This document shows positions 1 through 9,166 of a stretch of DNA of 17,984 nucleotides, one piece after another. Location: contig JBHHXT010000095.1 of NCBI GenBank assembly GCA_046757165.1, forward strand, positions 1-17,984, given 5' to 3'. How positions within the stretch are numbered: position 1 is the stretch's first letter; the number at the start of each line of letters is the position of its first letter. A model generated the notes under the pieces. It did no database searches. It was given only the letters and a program-made list of their open reading frames with translations, and was not told the DNA's origin. Made by a program: the position numbers and the translations under genes. The DNA is from a bacterium (GTDB taxonomy: Bacteria > Zhuqueibacterota > Zhuqueibacteria > Oceanimicrobiales > Oceanimicrobiaceae).

Positions 1-46
1 CGATACGGATTTTGTTTTTCGGTTTGTAGGGGGGTGTCTTTTTCAT
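1..46 (-). CDS. icmF: 5' fragment of a probable fused isobutyryl-CoA mutase / MCM-family fusion protein (runs off the window)
   Basis: The reverse complement of 1-46 reads MKKTPPYKPKNKIRI(V). This resembles the IcmF N-terminus as I recall it (Y-x-P-K-x-x-[VI]-R-[IF]-V, preceding TAASLFDGHD). It lies directly downstream of meaB. Only 15 codons are visible. Confidence 0.55.
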   Translation of the reverse strand, partial: MKKTPPYKPKNKIRI

Positions 47-84
47 AAGTTCTAAATTCTAAATAAGTTCTAAACTCCAAATTC
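45..84. repeat. 18-bp tandem duplication built from TTCTAAA-like heptamers
   Basis: 45-62 ATAAGTTCTAAATTCTAA versus 63-80 ATAAGTTCTAAACTCCAA (16/18 identical). TTCTAAA occurs at 50, 57 and 68, and CTCCAAA at 75. Confidence 0.8.
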
Positions 85-85
85 G

Positions 86-1078
86 TCATTCATCAAAAGC
101 CGCAATGAGTTTCTGTGCCGCCGTGGTTGCTGGCATGGCGCCGTTGACGACCGCCTGTTCGATCTCACGCAGCTTTGCTTTAACTTCGGCGTGGTTCAGG
201 AATAATTCCCGTAGACTTTCATCTATGAGGGTGTGCAGCCACGCTTTTGCCTGCTCCCGCCGGCGTTCCGTGAACGCACAGTTTTGCGTGGTCAGGTCCC
301 TGAACTTCAGTACCGTTTGCCAAAGTTCCTTTATTCCATCGCCTGTCAGGGCTGAGCACGTCGCCACGATTGGCTTCCAGCCCCGGGTCGCGGGGGTGAG
401 ATAGTGCAGGGCCAGGGCCAAATCCTTCTTTGCGGCCTCGGCGCGCGTCTTGTTCTCCCCGTCTGCTTTGTTGATAAAGATCGCATCCGCGATTTCGACC
501 ACGCCCTTCTTGATGGTTTGCAGCTCGTCGCCGGCGCCGGCGATTTGCAGCAGCAGGAAGAAATCAACCATGGCGCGCACGGCGATCTCGCTTTGTCCCA
601 CGCCGATGGTCTCGATCAGGATGATGTCATAGCCGGCGGCCTCGCACAGAAGCAGACTCTCGCGTGTCTTGCGCGCGACGCCGCCGAGGGCGCCGCCGGA
701 GGGGGAGGGCCGGATGAAGCTCTGCTCATGGCGGGCCAGGTGCGCCATCCTGGTCTTGTCGCCGAGAATGCTGCCGCCCGTGATGGAGCTACTGGGGTCC
801 ACGGCCAACACGGCGACTTTGTGCCCTTGCTCAATCAGCGTGAGACCGAGGGTCTCGATCAGCGTACTCTTACCGGCGCCGGGCACGCCCGTGATGCCAA
901 CGCGGATGGAGTTGCCGCTCCGTGGCAGCAGCTGGGTCAAAACCTCTTGCGCTTGCTGCAGATGCGCCGGCGCGTTGCTCTCGATCAGCGTGATGGCCCG
1001 TCCAAGGATCGTGCGGTCCCCGTGCTCGATGCCGGCGACATAATCTGCGGTGCTCAGTTTTTTACGCTTGCTCGCCAT
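86..1078 (-). CDS. meaB: Methylmalonyl-CoA mutase-associated GTPase MeaB (ArgK/MMAA family)
   Basis: Motifs [11 protein letters not shown]-loop [38 protein letters not shown] and INKAD. The likely start is the ATG at 1078 (MASKRKK), overlapping the mutB 3' end by 17 nt. The ORF-track extension to 1216 lies inside mutB. Confidence 0.96.
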   Translation of the reverse strand: MASKRKKLSTADYVAGIEHGDRTILGRAITLIESNAPAHLQQAQEVLTQLLPRSGNSIRVGITGVPGAGKSTLIETLGLTLIEQGHKVAVLAVDPSSSITGGSILGDKTRMAHLARHEQSFIRPSPSGGALGGVARKTRESLLLCEAAGYDIILIETIGVGQSEIAVRAMVDFFLLLQIAGAGDELQTIKKGVVEIADAIFINKADGENKTRAEAAKKDLALALHYLTPATRGWKPIVATCSALTGDGIKELWQTVLKFRDLTTQNCAFTERRREQAKAWLHTLIDESLRELFLNHAEVKAKLREIEQAVVNGAMPATTAAQKLIAAFDE

Positions 1079-3257
1079 CGTGATGAAGTCGTGCCTTGAG
1101 TTCTTCAAGAAGCTGTTGGGCCGCGGCCGGGATGACGGTTCCGGGCCCGAAAATCGCCGAGGCGCCGTGCTGCCGCAGAAATTCGTAGTCCTGTGCCGGA
1201 ATGACCCCGCCGACAACGACCATGATGTCCTCGCGGTCGAGCTGGCGCAAGGCTTCTACCAACTGCGGCAGCAGCGTTTTGTGGCCTGCCGCCAGCGAGC
1301 TCATGCCGACGATGTGCACATCGTTCTCCACCGCTTGCTTGGCTGTTTCTGCCGGGGTCTGGAAGAGCGGACCGATGTCGACGTCAAATCCGAGATCCGA
1401 AAAAGCAGTGGCGATCACCCGGGCGCCGCGGTCGTGTCCATCCTGACCGAGTTTCGCCACCAAAAGGCGCGGGCGTCGGCCTTCCGTTTTTTCAAATGCC
1501 TCGACTTCGCGGCGAACCTGGTGAATGTGCTTTTCGTCACCGTATTCGCCGCTGTAGACCCCCGAGATGGACCGAACCACTGCTTTGTGTCTGCCGAAAG
1601 CTTTTTCCAGGGCGGTGGAAATCTCGCCCAGGGAGGCGCGCACCCGGGCAGCGTGGATGGAAAGCTCGAGCAGGTTGCCCTGTCCGTTCTCTGCGCTTTG
1701 GGTCAGGGCGTGTAGCGCAGCTTGCACGGCGTTTTCGTCGCGCCCGGCGCGTAGCTTCCCGAGCCGCTCGATCTGGGCGTTCCGCACCGCCGTGTTGTCG
1801 ATCTCCAGAATCTCGATCGGGTCTTCCTGCTCGAGTCGGTATTGGTTCACGCCGACGATGGTCTCCTGTCCTGAGTCGATCAGCGCCTGCCGGCGCGCGG
1901 CCGCCTCTTCGATGCGCATCTTCGGAATGCCGGTCTCGATCGCCTTCGCCATGCCGCCCAGCGACTCGATTTCCTGCAGGTGCTGCCGGGCGAGCTGCAT
2001 CAGCTCGTGGGTGAGCGACTCGACATAGTAGGAGCCGCCCCACGGGTCGATAACCCGCGTGATCGAGGTTTCCTCCTGCAAATAAAGCTGCGTGTTGCGC
2101 GCGATGCGAGCGGAAAAGTCGGTCGGCAGGGCAATGGCCTCATCCAGAGCGTTCGTGTGCAGCGACTGCGTGTGTCCCAGAACCGCTGCCATCGCTTCGA
2201 TGCAGGTCCGCGTGATGTTGTTGAACGGGTCCTGCTCGGTCAGGCTCCAGCCGGAGGTCTGCGAATGTGTGCGCAGTGCCAGGGATTTCGGATTCTTCGG
2301 ATTGAACGGTTTGATGAGCCGGGCCCATAGGACGCGTGCCGCGCGCATCTTGGCAATTTCCATAAAGTAATTCATGCCGATGCCCCAGAAGAACGAGAGC
2401 CGCGGCGCAAAATCGTCGATGTCGATGCCGGCGGCGACGCCTGTTCGGACGTACTCCAGACCGTCCGCCAGGGTATACGCCATCTCCAGATCGGCCGTGG
2501 CCCCGGCTTCCTGCATGTGGTAGCCGGAGATGCTGATGCTGTTGAATTTCGGCATGTTGCGCGAGGTATACTTGAAGATGTCCGCGATGATGCACATCGA
2601 CTGCTGCGGCGGATAGATGTAGGTGTTGCGCACCATGTATTCTTTCAAGATGTCGTTCTGAATGGTGCCGGCGAGTTGCTCCGGTTTGATGCCCTGCTCC
2701 TCGGCCGTCACGATATAAAACGCCAGAATCGGCAGCACAGCCCCGTTCATGGTCATGGAGACAGAAATCTTGTCCAGCGGAATCGAATCGAACAAGATCT
2801 TCATATCGAGAATGGAATCGATGGCGACCCCCGCTTTGCCGACATCCCCTTCCACACGCGGATGGTCGGAATCATAGCCGCGGTGAGTGGCCAGGTCGAA
2901 GGCAACCGAGAGGCCCTTCTGGCCGGCTGCGAGGTTGCGCTGGTAAAAAGCGTTGCTCTCCTCAGCGGTCGAGAAGCCGGCGTATTGCCGAATGGTCCAG
3001 GGACGCATCAGGTACATGGTCACGTAGGGACCGCGCAAATAGGGTGGAATCCCGGCGGTAAATCCCAAATGCTGGACACCCTCGAGGTCGCTTTGGGCAT
3101 AGAGCGGTTTGACCTGCAGGGTCTCGTTCGTCTGCCAGACCAGCTCGCGCCATTCTTTGCCCGTTTCTGCCTTGAACAGCCGGGGCCACGCGTCCGCGCC
3201 GTTTGCAGGGGCCGGAGGATTCATTTTGATTTTGGTGAAATCTGGCTCGCGCCTCAT
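1062..3257 (-). CDS. mutB: Methylmalonyl-CoA mutase, catalytic large subunit
   Basis: [10 protein letters not shown] (Tyr specificity residue), [31 protein letters not shown] and the B12-binding GQDGHDRG (DxHxxG) motif. SD AGGAG lies at 3265-3269 on the minus strand. Confidence 0.97.
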   Translation of the reverse strand: MRREPDFTKIKMNPPAPANGADAWPRLFKAETGKEWRELVWQTNETLQVKPLYAQSDLEGVQHLGFTAGIPPYLRGPYVTMYLMRPWTIRQYAGFSTAEESNAFYQRNLAAGQKGLSVAFDLATHRGYDSDHPRVEGDVGKAGVAIDSILDMKILFDSIPLDKISVSMTMNGAVLPILAFYIVTAEEQGIKPEQLAGTIQNDILKEYMVRNTYIYPPQQSMCIIADIFKYTSRNMPKFNSISISGYHMQEAGATADLEMAYTLADGLEYVRTGVAAGIDIDDFAPRLSFFWGIGMNYFMEIAKMRAARVLWARLIKPFNPKNPKSLALRTHSQTSGWSLTEQDPFNNITRTCIEAMAAVLGHTQSLHTNALDEAIALPTDFSARIARNTQLYLQEETSITRVIDPWGGSYYVESLTHELMQLARQHLQEIESLGGMAKAIETGIPKMRIEEAAARRQALIDSGQETIVGVNQYRLEQEDPIEILEIDNTAVRNAQIERLGKLRAGRDENAVQAALHALTQSAENGQGNLLELSIHAARVRASLGEISTALEKAFGRHKAVVRSISGVYSGEYGDEKHIHQVRREVEAFEKTEGRRPRLLVAKLGQDGHDRGARVIATAFSDLGFDVDIGPLFQTPAETAKQAVENDVHIVGMSSLAAGHKTLLPQLVEALRQLDREDIMVVVGGVIPAQDYEFLRQHGASAIFGPGTVIPAAAQQLLEELKARLHHDGEQA

Positions 3258-3379
3258 GCAAGGACTCCTAACCTGGAAGATTCATGAATTTCGAAGTGCA
3301 CGAAAGACACGAAGGAAGAACAGCTTACAGAGTTCATCCGTAAAATATCCTAGCGCGGCAAAGCCGCAGTAAAATGATG

Positions 3380-3490
3380 AACCGCAAAGACGCAAAACTC
3401 GCAAAGGTTCCAATTATAAGAGACGGGCTCTAACGAGCAGTCAATAATCTATCATATTTTGACCTTTGCGTTCATTGCGTCTTTGCGGTT
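3380..3490. repeat. Long inverted repeat with periodic CGCAAAG subrepeat arms
   Basis: 3380-3408 AACCGCAAAGACGCAAAACTCGCAAAGGT pairs with 3462-3490 at 25/29 positions. It is preceded by the mini-hairpin GCGGC-AAA-GCCGC (3355-3367). Confidence 0.9.
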
Positions 3491-3598
3491 TAATTTTCGT
3501 GCAAAAAAATGCAAAAGTTCGGCGGTAATACATAATTTGTTGAAGTTACAAATATTAACCTGGGTTATTCGCAAGAGATTAAGAAATATTCTATTTAG

Positions 3599-3680
3599 AG
3601 GAGTGCAACGCTTTAGCGTTGCATACTCCTTCCACTCCTTACGTGTTGCGTTGCATGAAATGCTGAAGCATTTCACTCCT
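3599..3680. repeat. Inverted pair of REP-like palindromes (REPIN-like doublet)
   Basis: Plus strand 3599-3623 is AGGAG-TGCAACGC-TTTA-GCGTTGCA. Minus strand 3680-3656 is AGGAG-TGAAATGC-TTCA-GCATTTCA. Both have perfect 8-bp stems. Confidence 0.75.
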
Positions 3681-3762
3681 TAGCTCGTGAACTTCGGGTA
3701 AAAAAAGTTCTCGAGACCAGGTATCTGTTTCTATTCTTGTGATCCTCTGATTTGCGAATTAA

Positions 3763-5922
3763 TCAGGCGAACTTCTCCACCAGACGTTTGAGAATAGCAT
3801 ACGCGTTGCACCCCGGATAGATGAACTGATCGACTCCGGCTTGCTGGAGCATCTCCACGTTCGCTTCAGGGAGACCGGCGACGAAGACGCATATCCCCGG
3901 ATTCTCGGCTTTGATAGCCTTTGCAAGGGGTGGCACGATCTCGAGATAGGATTCAGCGGTGGAGCAGATGACGACGACCTGTGCGCCGGAAGCCAGGGCT
4001 GCGCGCGCAGCCTGCTTCGTGTCCGTGAACCCTGCATGACTCATCATCTCGAATCCAGCGACCTGGAAGAACTCCTCTGCAAAATCGGCGCGCTCTTTGT
4101 GCTGAGAAACCGGCCCTATGGACGCCAGAAAAACCCTGAGCGTGCTCCCGGTCTTGCGCCGGTGTGCTCCCATTGCAGTCCGGAGCTCTTCAAATGGCAT
4201 AGCCGCCCGGTGTATTTCGAGTGGGAGCACGGCAACGTCATCGTCTGTCCCCGGATGCAGCGCGTGCTGCAGCTCTGCCAGCGTGGCGCCTGCTCCGGCG
4301 GCGGCAGCGAGGGCGCCCATCTGTGCCACCGGGTTGCCGCCCCCGGTAGAAATCGTGGCCAGCAGAGCGGTGAGCTTTGCGCGCGGACGCGAGGCTTTGA
4401 ATTCTTCGAGAGAACGTTTACGATCAGCATAAAAGGATTGCATTTGCTCACAGTCGTTTTCTGGGGCGATTTCATTGTTTGAATCCGGATAAACATTTGT
4501 GCCGACGACTCTGTCCCTGCGCCTCTCGATGTTTTGGCGCCGCTGCCGGGCGGTTTCAGCGATGAAGGACTGGGGCAAGCCAGCGGTAAGCGCCTGAGGC
4601 ATGCCGCCCTTGCGTTCGATTTCTTGAAACAACTCCCACGATTTTTCCGCAACCTGGAGCGTCAGGGATTCGATAAACCAGGAACCGCCCCCCGGGTCGA
4701 TGACGCGGTCGAGGTGCGATTCTTCTCTCAAGATGATTTGCGCGTTGCGAGCAATTCTACGTGAAAAATCATCGGGTGCGCGCAAGGGGCTGTCAAACGG
4801 TTCGACTTGTAAACTGTCGCACCCGCCCAGAATGCCCGCAAGTGCTGCGGTTGACCCACGCAGAACGTTGACATGTGGATCGAGCACCGTCTGATGGTAG
4901 CGGGAGGTGCTGGCATGAATCGTCATTTTTTGTGACGCGGTGCTTCCGCCGAACTCCTTGACGACCTGTGACCACAGCATGCGGGCGGCGCGCAACCTGG
5001 CAATCTCCATGAAGAAATTGCAGCCGAGGGCGAAGGAAAAACGCATTCTGGGGGCAATATCGTCGATAGTGAGCTCCTGATTCTGATCCTGCAGCCCACG
5101 GATATAGGCCACGCCGGTGGCGAGAACACAGGCCAGCTCCTGGACGGCGCTGGCGCCGGCGTTGTGATAGGGCCTGCCGTCTGCGAGAATGGTTTGCAGA
5201 GCCGGAGCGGTTTCTTTGGCCCAGCGTGTCAAAAGAGCCATGTCGGAGAAGGTCGCCTCGAGTGAGCGCGGCAGGACGCCTGTCGCAGCGAGCTCGCCCA
5301 GGGGGTCAAACCCGATGCAGCCCGTGAGCCGCTTGAGTGGAGTTCTTCTTTCCTGGCACAGCGCGGTCAGGAATGCCGCCACCGGCAGTCCGCTGACGCC
5401 GGCCTGCACGAAGAGCCCCCCTGCGGCCAGATCGATGCCCGCCAGCGCAGCCCGCACATCGGCCAGCACGGCTAAAGCCAGACCTCCTGCGGAGGCCTGG
5501 TCTGCGGTCCAGGCGTCGGAATCCATCCCGCGCCGGCCGGGCGCATCCAGGACGATGTTGATGACGGTCTGGCCATTCGCCAGGTCGTGCTTCAGAGCCG
5601 CATTCAAGGCCTTGGCTGAAGGCTGGGAAGCTTCTTGAGCAATGTCCCACGCCTTCCCGACATAGCCTGCGGCTCTACATCCGCGCACGCAGGGTGGGAG
5701 GCCGGGCCAGGTGTCGGGATGGTTGAACTGCTTCAGGTCTTCCGGCTGATAGATGGGTTTGAGCTGGATAGCCTCGTAGGTGTCCGTCAGAAGCGTTTTT
5801 TTAAAAGAAGCGCCTTTGAGAAGCGCGCCAGCGGCCCGGCGCCAGTCGGCATCATCTGAAGGTTTGAAGTCGCTGCTCAGGTCTAGCTTCTTTGTTTCTG
5901 AGTTGTTGGCTTTCTTCAACAT
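3763..5922 (-). CDS. mutA: Methylmalonyl-CoA mutase small (non-catalytic) subunit
   Basis: MCM-family motifs YHNAGASAVQELA, FFMEIARLRAARMLW, SRRIARNAQIILREES and DPGGGSWFIESLT. The C-terminal domain lacks DxHxxG and has the small-subunit-type RADFAEEFFQVAGF. The start is placed at the ATG at 5922; the upstream in-frame extension crosses a palindromic element. Confidence 0.92.
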   Translation of the reverse strand: MLKKANNSETKKLDLSSDFKPSDDADWRRAAGALLKGASFKKTLLTDTYEAIQLKPIYQPEDLKQFNHPDTWPGLPPCVRGCRAAGYVGKAWDIAQEASQPSAKALNAALKHDLANGQTVINIVLDAPGRRGMDSDAWTADQASAGGLALAVLADVRAALAGIDLAAGGLFVQAGVSGLPVAAFLTALCQERRTPLKRLTGCIGFDPLGELAATGVLPRSLEATFSDMALLTRWAKETAPALQTILADGRPYHNAGASAVQELACVLATGVAYIRGLQDQNQELTIDDIAPRMRFSFALGCNFFMEIARLRAARMLWSQVVKEFGGSTASQKMTIHASTSRYHQTVLDPHVNVLRGSTAALAGILGGCDSLQVEPFDSPLRAPDDFSRRIARNAQIILREESHLDRVIDPGGGSWFIESLTLQVAEKSWELFQEIERKGGMPQALTAGLPQSFIAETARQRRQNIERRRDRVVGTNVYPDSNNEIAPENDCEQMQSFYADRKRSLEEFKASRPRAKLTALLATISTGGGNPVAQMGALAAAAGAGATLAELQHALHPGTDDDVAVLPLEIHRAAMPFEELRTAMGAHRRKTGSTLRVFLASIGPVSQHKERADFAEEFFQVAGFEMMSHAGFTDTKQAARAALASGAQVVVICSTAESYLEIVPPLAKAIKAENPGICVFVAGLPEANVEMLQQAGVDQFIYPGCNAYAILKRLVEKFA

Positions 5923-6017
5923 TCGAGCCTTAAGCGGGCGTGTTTTCTCCTCCTGTTCGACCGTTTCAGATAAGATAAGAATTCGCTTGGTGATTTGCAA
6001 ATGGTTTAGCCCCACTC

Positions 6018-6112
6018 CCACCGAAGGACTCCGAAAGCACCGAGCGTCACCGATATTTTTCTTTTTTGCAGCTTCTTCGGTGACACTCGGTGGTTTCAGT
6101 GAGCTTCGGTGG
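6018..6112. repeat. Long inverted repeat with periodic CACCGA subrepeat arms
   Basis: 6018-6053 pairs with 6077-6112 at 30/36 positions around a 23-nt T-rich loop. Confidence 0.9.
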
Positions 6113-6159
6113 TTTCGACCTCCCTCCGAAATAAACCGAACCTTTTGTTGCAAAACAAT

Positions 6160-6240
6160 TGATTTTGTTAACATAAGTGCTTAAGTTGTTAATTGCTGTT
6201 TCTTCAAAAATAATCAATACTTAACAAAGCACTTAGGGAG
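6160..6240. promoter_or_regulatory. AT-rich divergent control region (mutA / hflK) with dyad symmetry
   Basis: TAAGTGCTT (6174-6182) and AAGCACTTA (6227-6235); TTGTTAA (6186-6192) and TTAACAA (6221-6227); palindrome TGTTAACA (6166-6173); hflK SD GGGAG at 6236-6240. Confidence 0.4.
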
Positions 6241-6247
6241 ATACCAG

Positions 6248-7234
6248 ATGGCCAGAAAAACCATTAACATTGGCGGGGAGTTGATCGACGTGCCGGATGT
6301 GCCGAAGGGGTGGATCATGCTGGGGGTAATCGGCATTGCAGGATTGATCCTCCTGTTGACTTCTTTTTACACCATCGACGCAGATGAAGTGGGGGTCATC
6401 CAGCGATTCGGCAAATACGTGCGAACCACCGACCCCGGGCTGCATTTCAAGCTTCCGTTCGGAGTGGAGACGATCAAAAAGGTGAGAGTACAGAATGTTT
6501 ACAAGGAAGAATTCGGTTACCGGACGGTGCGGGCTGGCGTGCGCACGCAGTACTCGCAAAGGTCCTTTGAGGGAGAGTCCCTCATGCTCACCGGCGATCT
6601 CAATTCCGCGCTCGTCGAGTGGATCGTGCAGTTCCGTATCAAGGATCCGGTGAAGTATCTGTTCAATGTCCGCAACGTGGAGGAAACGCTGCGCGACGTC
6701 TCGGAGTCGGTCATGCGCCTGGTGGTCGGGGACCGCAGCGTGGACGAGGTGATCGTCCTGAGCCGGCAGGAAATCGAAGATCGGGCGCAACAACTGACGC
6801 AGAACCTGCTGGACGACTTTGACACCGGTCTCGACGTTGTCACCATCAAGCTGCAAGATGTCAACCCACCAGAACCGGTGCAGTCAGCATTCAACGAAGT
6901 CAACGAAGCGCGCCAGGAAAAAGAGCGCATCATCAACGAGGCGCTGGAGGCGTATAACAAAGTCATTCCGCAGGCGAAAGGCCAGGCGGAGCAGACCATC
7001 CGGCAGGCGGAGGGCTATGCCACCAACCGGGTCAACCGGGCCAAGGGGGATGCGAATAAGTTTCTGGCGGTTTGGCTGGAATACAACAAAGCCAAAGATG
7101 TCACGCAGCGCCGGCTCTACCTGGAGACGATGCTGGAGATCCTGCCCAATCTTGAAAACATTTATATCGTCGATGAGCAGCAGAAAGGGTTGATACCGCT
7201 GCTGCAATTCGGGCGAAAGGAGGTGGCACAATGA
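6248..7234 (+). CDS. hflK: FtsH protease modulator HflK
   Basis: N-terminal TM helix, SPFH domain (RFGKY..PGLHFKLP, MLTGDLN, QDVNPPEPVQSAFNEV), AYNKVIPQAKGQA and VTQRRLYLETM. Confidence 0.96.
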   Translation: MARKTINIGGELIDVPDVPKGWIMLGVIGIAGLILLLTSFYTIDADEVGVIQRFGKYVRTTDPGLHFKLPFGVETIKKVRVQNVYKEEFGYRTVRAGVRTQYSQRSFEGESLMLTGDLNSALVEWIVQFRIKDPVKYLFNVRNVEETLRDVSESVMRLVVGDRSVDEVIVLSRQEIEDRAQQLTQNLLDDFDTGLDVVTIKLQDVNPPEPVQSAFNEVNEARQEKERIINEALEAYNKVIPQAKGQAEQTIRQAEGYATNRVNRAKGDANKFLAVWLEYNKAKDVTQRRLYLETMLEILPNLENIYIVDEQQKGLIPLLQFGRKEVAQ

Positions 7235-8172
7235 AGGGAAGAAACATCGGGTTGATTGTCGTTGCGGTCGTTGCCCTGGTCGTTTTGCGGGGCGTGTTTT
7301 TCATTGTTGATGAAACCGAGCAGGTGATCATCCTGCAATTTGGCCGGCCGATTGGCGAACCGATTCGGGAAGCGGGCCTGCATTTCAAATTGCCGTTCAT
7401 CCAGGATGTGAAGTCCTTCGACCGGCGCGTTCTGGAGTGGGACGGCGATGCCAACCAGATTCCGACCTCGGACAAGAAATACATCTGGGTCGACACCTTT
7501 GGCCGCTGGCGCATCGTCGATCCGCTGAAGTTCCTCCAGTCCGTACGCGGCGATGAACGTGCCGCCCAAAGCCGCCTGGATGATATCATCGATAGTGCGA
7601 CGCGGAATTTTGTCTCCGAAAACCTGTTGATTGAAGCGGTGCGCAACTCGAACCGGGAACTGAAATCCACGGTGGAAGAAGAAACCGGCCTGAGCACGAG
7701 AAAGTTCAGTGTCGACATTGAAAAGGGCCGGGAGCGAATTACCGAGTTGATCCAGGAGGCCGCAGCGCAGGCCATGCCGGAGTTCGGAATCGAGCTTCTG
7801 GATATTCGAATCAAACGAATCAACTACATCGAAGATGTGCGGCAAAAAGTCTATGACCGCATGAAATCGGAGCGCAAGCGTATCGCCGAGAAATTCCGCT
7901 CAGAGGGGCAGGGGCGGAAGGCTGAAATCGACGGCGAGCGCCAAAAGGAATTTCAACGCATTACGTCGGAGGCGTACCGCACAGCTCAGGAAGTCAAGGG
8001 CAAAGCGGACGCCGAAGCGACGCGCATTTATGCCAACGCCTTCAACCGCGATCCGGAGTTCTACTCCTTTATCCAAACGCTGGATTCCTATCGAAAAACG
8101 ATGAAGGCCAACACCACGCTCATCCTGAACACCGATAGTGAATATCTCAAGTTTCTCAAAAAGATTCGGTAG
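7231..8172 (+). CDS. hflC: FtsH protease modulator HflC
   Basis: ATGA overlap with hflK. Motifs GLHFKLPFIQ, DKKYIWVD, VYDRMKSERKRIA..FRSEG and DPEFYSF. SD AAGGAGG is present. Confidence 0.96.
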   Translation: MKGRNIGLIVVAVVALVVLRGVFFIVDETEQVIILQFGRPIGEPIREAGLHFKLPFIQDVKSFDRRVLEWDGDANQIPTSDKKYIWVDTFGRWRIVDPLKFLQSVRGDERAAQSRLDDIIDSATRNFVSENLLIEAVRNSNRELKSTVEEETGLSTRKFSVDIEKGRERITELIQEAAAQAMPEFGIELLDIRIKRINYIEDVRQKVYDRMKSERKRIAEKFRSEGQGRKAEIDGERQKEFQRITSEAYRTAQEVKGKADAEATRIYANAFNRDPEFYSFIQTLDSYRKTMKANTTLILNTDSEYLKFLKKIR

Positions 8173-9140
8173 TGAAGAAGAAAGTTCTGCTGATCGTCGG
8201 CCCGACGGCGGTCGGCAAAACAACCGTCGCGCTTGAATTTGCCAAACACCTGCCGTGTGAAATCATCTCCGCGGACTCACGGCAGGTGTACAAATACATG
8301 GACATTGGCACCGCCAAACCGGGTGCTGAGGAACGGGCGGCGGTGCGCCACCATTTCATCGATATCAAATACCCGGACGAACCCTATAGCGCGGGTCAGT
8401 TCGGTGAGCAGGCGCGTGGCTGTGTCGATGACATCCTCGGGCGCGGCAATTTGCCGGTCGTGGTCGGCGGGTCGGGGCTTTACCTCCGCGGCCTGGTCGA
8501 TGGTTTTCATCCTCCCAGGATTGCCGACGCGGAGCTCAAAATGCGCTTGCAGGAGGAAGCCAGAGAACATGGGCTGCCTCATCTGTACTCGAAGCTGCAA
8601 CAGCTCGATCCCGAAACGGCGGCTCGACTTCATCCGACCGATTCCCAGCGCATCATGCGCGCCCTGGAGGTGGTCGAGCTCACCGGCACGCCGTTCTCGG
8701 CGTTTCGCCAAACTGAACCGGTGCCGGCGAATTTCGAGCCGGTTTTTGTCGGGCTGACCATGGCGCGCAGCAAGCTGTACCAGCGCATCGACCGCCGCGT
8801 TGAGCAAATGCTCGCCGACGGGCTGCTCGAGGAGGTGAGACGACTACAGGATATGGGATATGGCCCGGGCGTGACGGCGTTGCGCACGGTCGGATACCGG
8901 GAGGCGCTCATGTATTTGCGCGAGCAGTTGAGCTATGATGAAATGGTGGCGCTCATCAAGCAGAAATCGAGGAATTATGCCAAACGGCAGCTCACGTGGT
9001 TTCGCAAGGAAAGCCGGATCGCGTGGGTGCATGTTGAACGAGTCCAGGATGTCGTTGAAGCGCTGCTCAAAACAGCGGTTGAGCGCGGCTTCGCCAGCCT
9101 GAACGATGCGCGACAGCGTTCGCATGAATGCAATGCCTGA
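8172..9140 (+). CDS. miaA: tRNA dimethylallyltransferase
   Basis: GTG start overlaps the hflC stop. Motifs GPTAVGKT, EIISADSRQVY..MDIGTAKP, VGGSGLY and RNYAKRQLTWFR. Confidence 0.97.
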   Translation: MKKKVLLIVGPTAVGKTTVALEFAKHLPCEIISADSRQVYKYMDIGTAKPGAEERAAVRHHFIDIKYPDEPYSAGQFGEQARGCVDDILGRGNLPVVVGGSGLYLRGLVDGFHPPRIADAELKMRLQEEAREHGLPHLYSKLQQLDPETAARLHPTDSQRIMRALEVVELTGTPFSAFRQTEPVPANFEPVFVGLTMARSKLYQRIDRRVEQMLADGLLEEVRRLQDMGYGPGVTALRTVGYREALMYLREQLSYDEMVALIKQKSRNYAKRQLTWFRKESRIAWVHVERVQDVVEALLKTAVERGFASLNDARQRSHECNA

Positions 9141-9166
9141 CGCTGTGGGGCTTGTCAGGAATGTTT

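Larger units (their letters stand above)
3271..3722. mobile_element. Putative non-autonomous, MITE-like nested composite element between mutA and mutB
   Basis: Bounded by ACCTGG (3271-3276) and CCAGGT (3717-3722). The interior is AT-rich, holds several inverted-repeat modules and has no credible ORF. Confidence 0.45.

Noticed and set aside
3452..3683. Two opposite 74-aa ORFs in the mutA-mutB spacer
   Set aside because: They translate repeat and palindrome DNA and show no recognisable protein motifs.
3258..3762. CRISPR array
   Set aside because: The repeats are inverted and heterogeneous, not direct repeats with regular spacers, and there are no cas genes.
5923..6174. 84-codon N-terminal extension of mutA in the ORF track, or a cobalamin riboswitch in the leader
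   Set aside because: The extension has no MCM similarity and runs through a palindromic element. I could not find the cobalamin aptamer or B12-box consensus on the minus strand.
6163..6195. dif-like site (TTATGTTAAC on the minus strand resembles the XerD arm)
   Set aside because: There is no XerC-like arm at the required 6-bp spacing.
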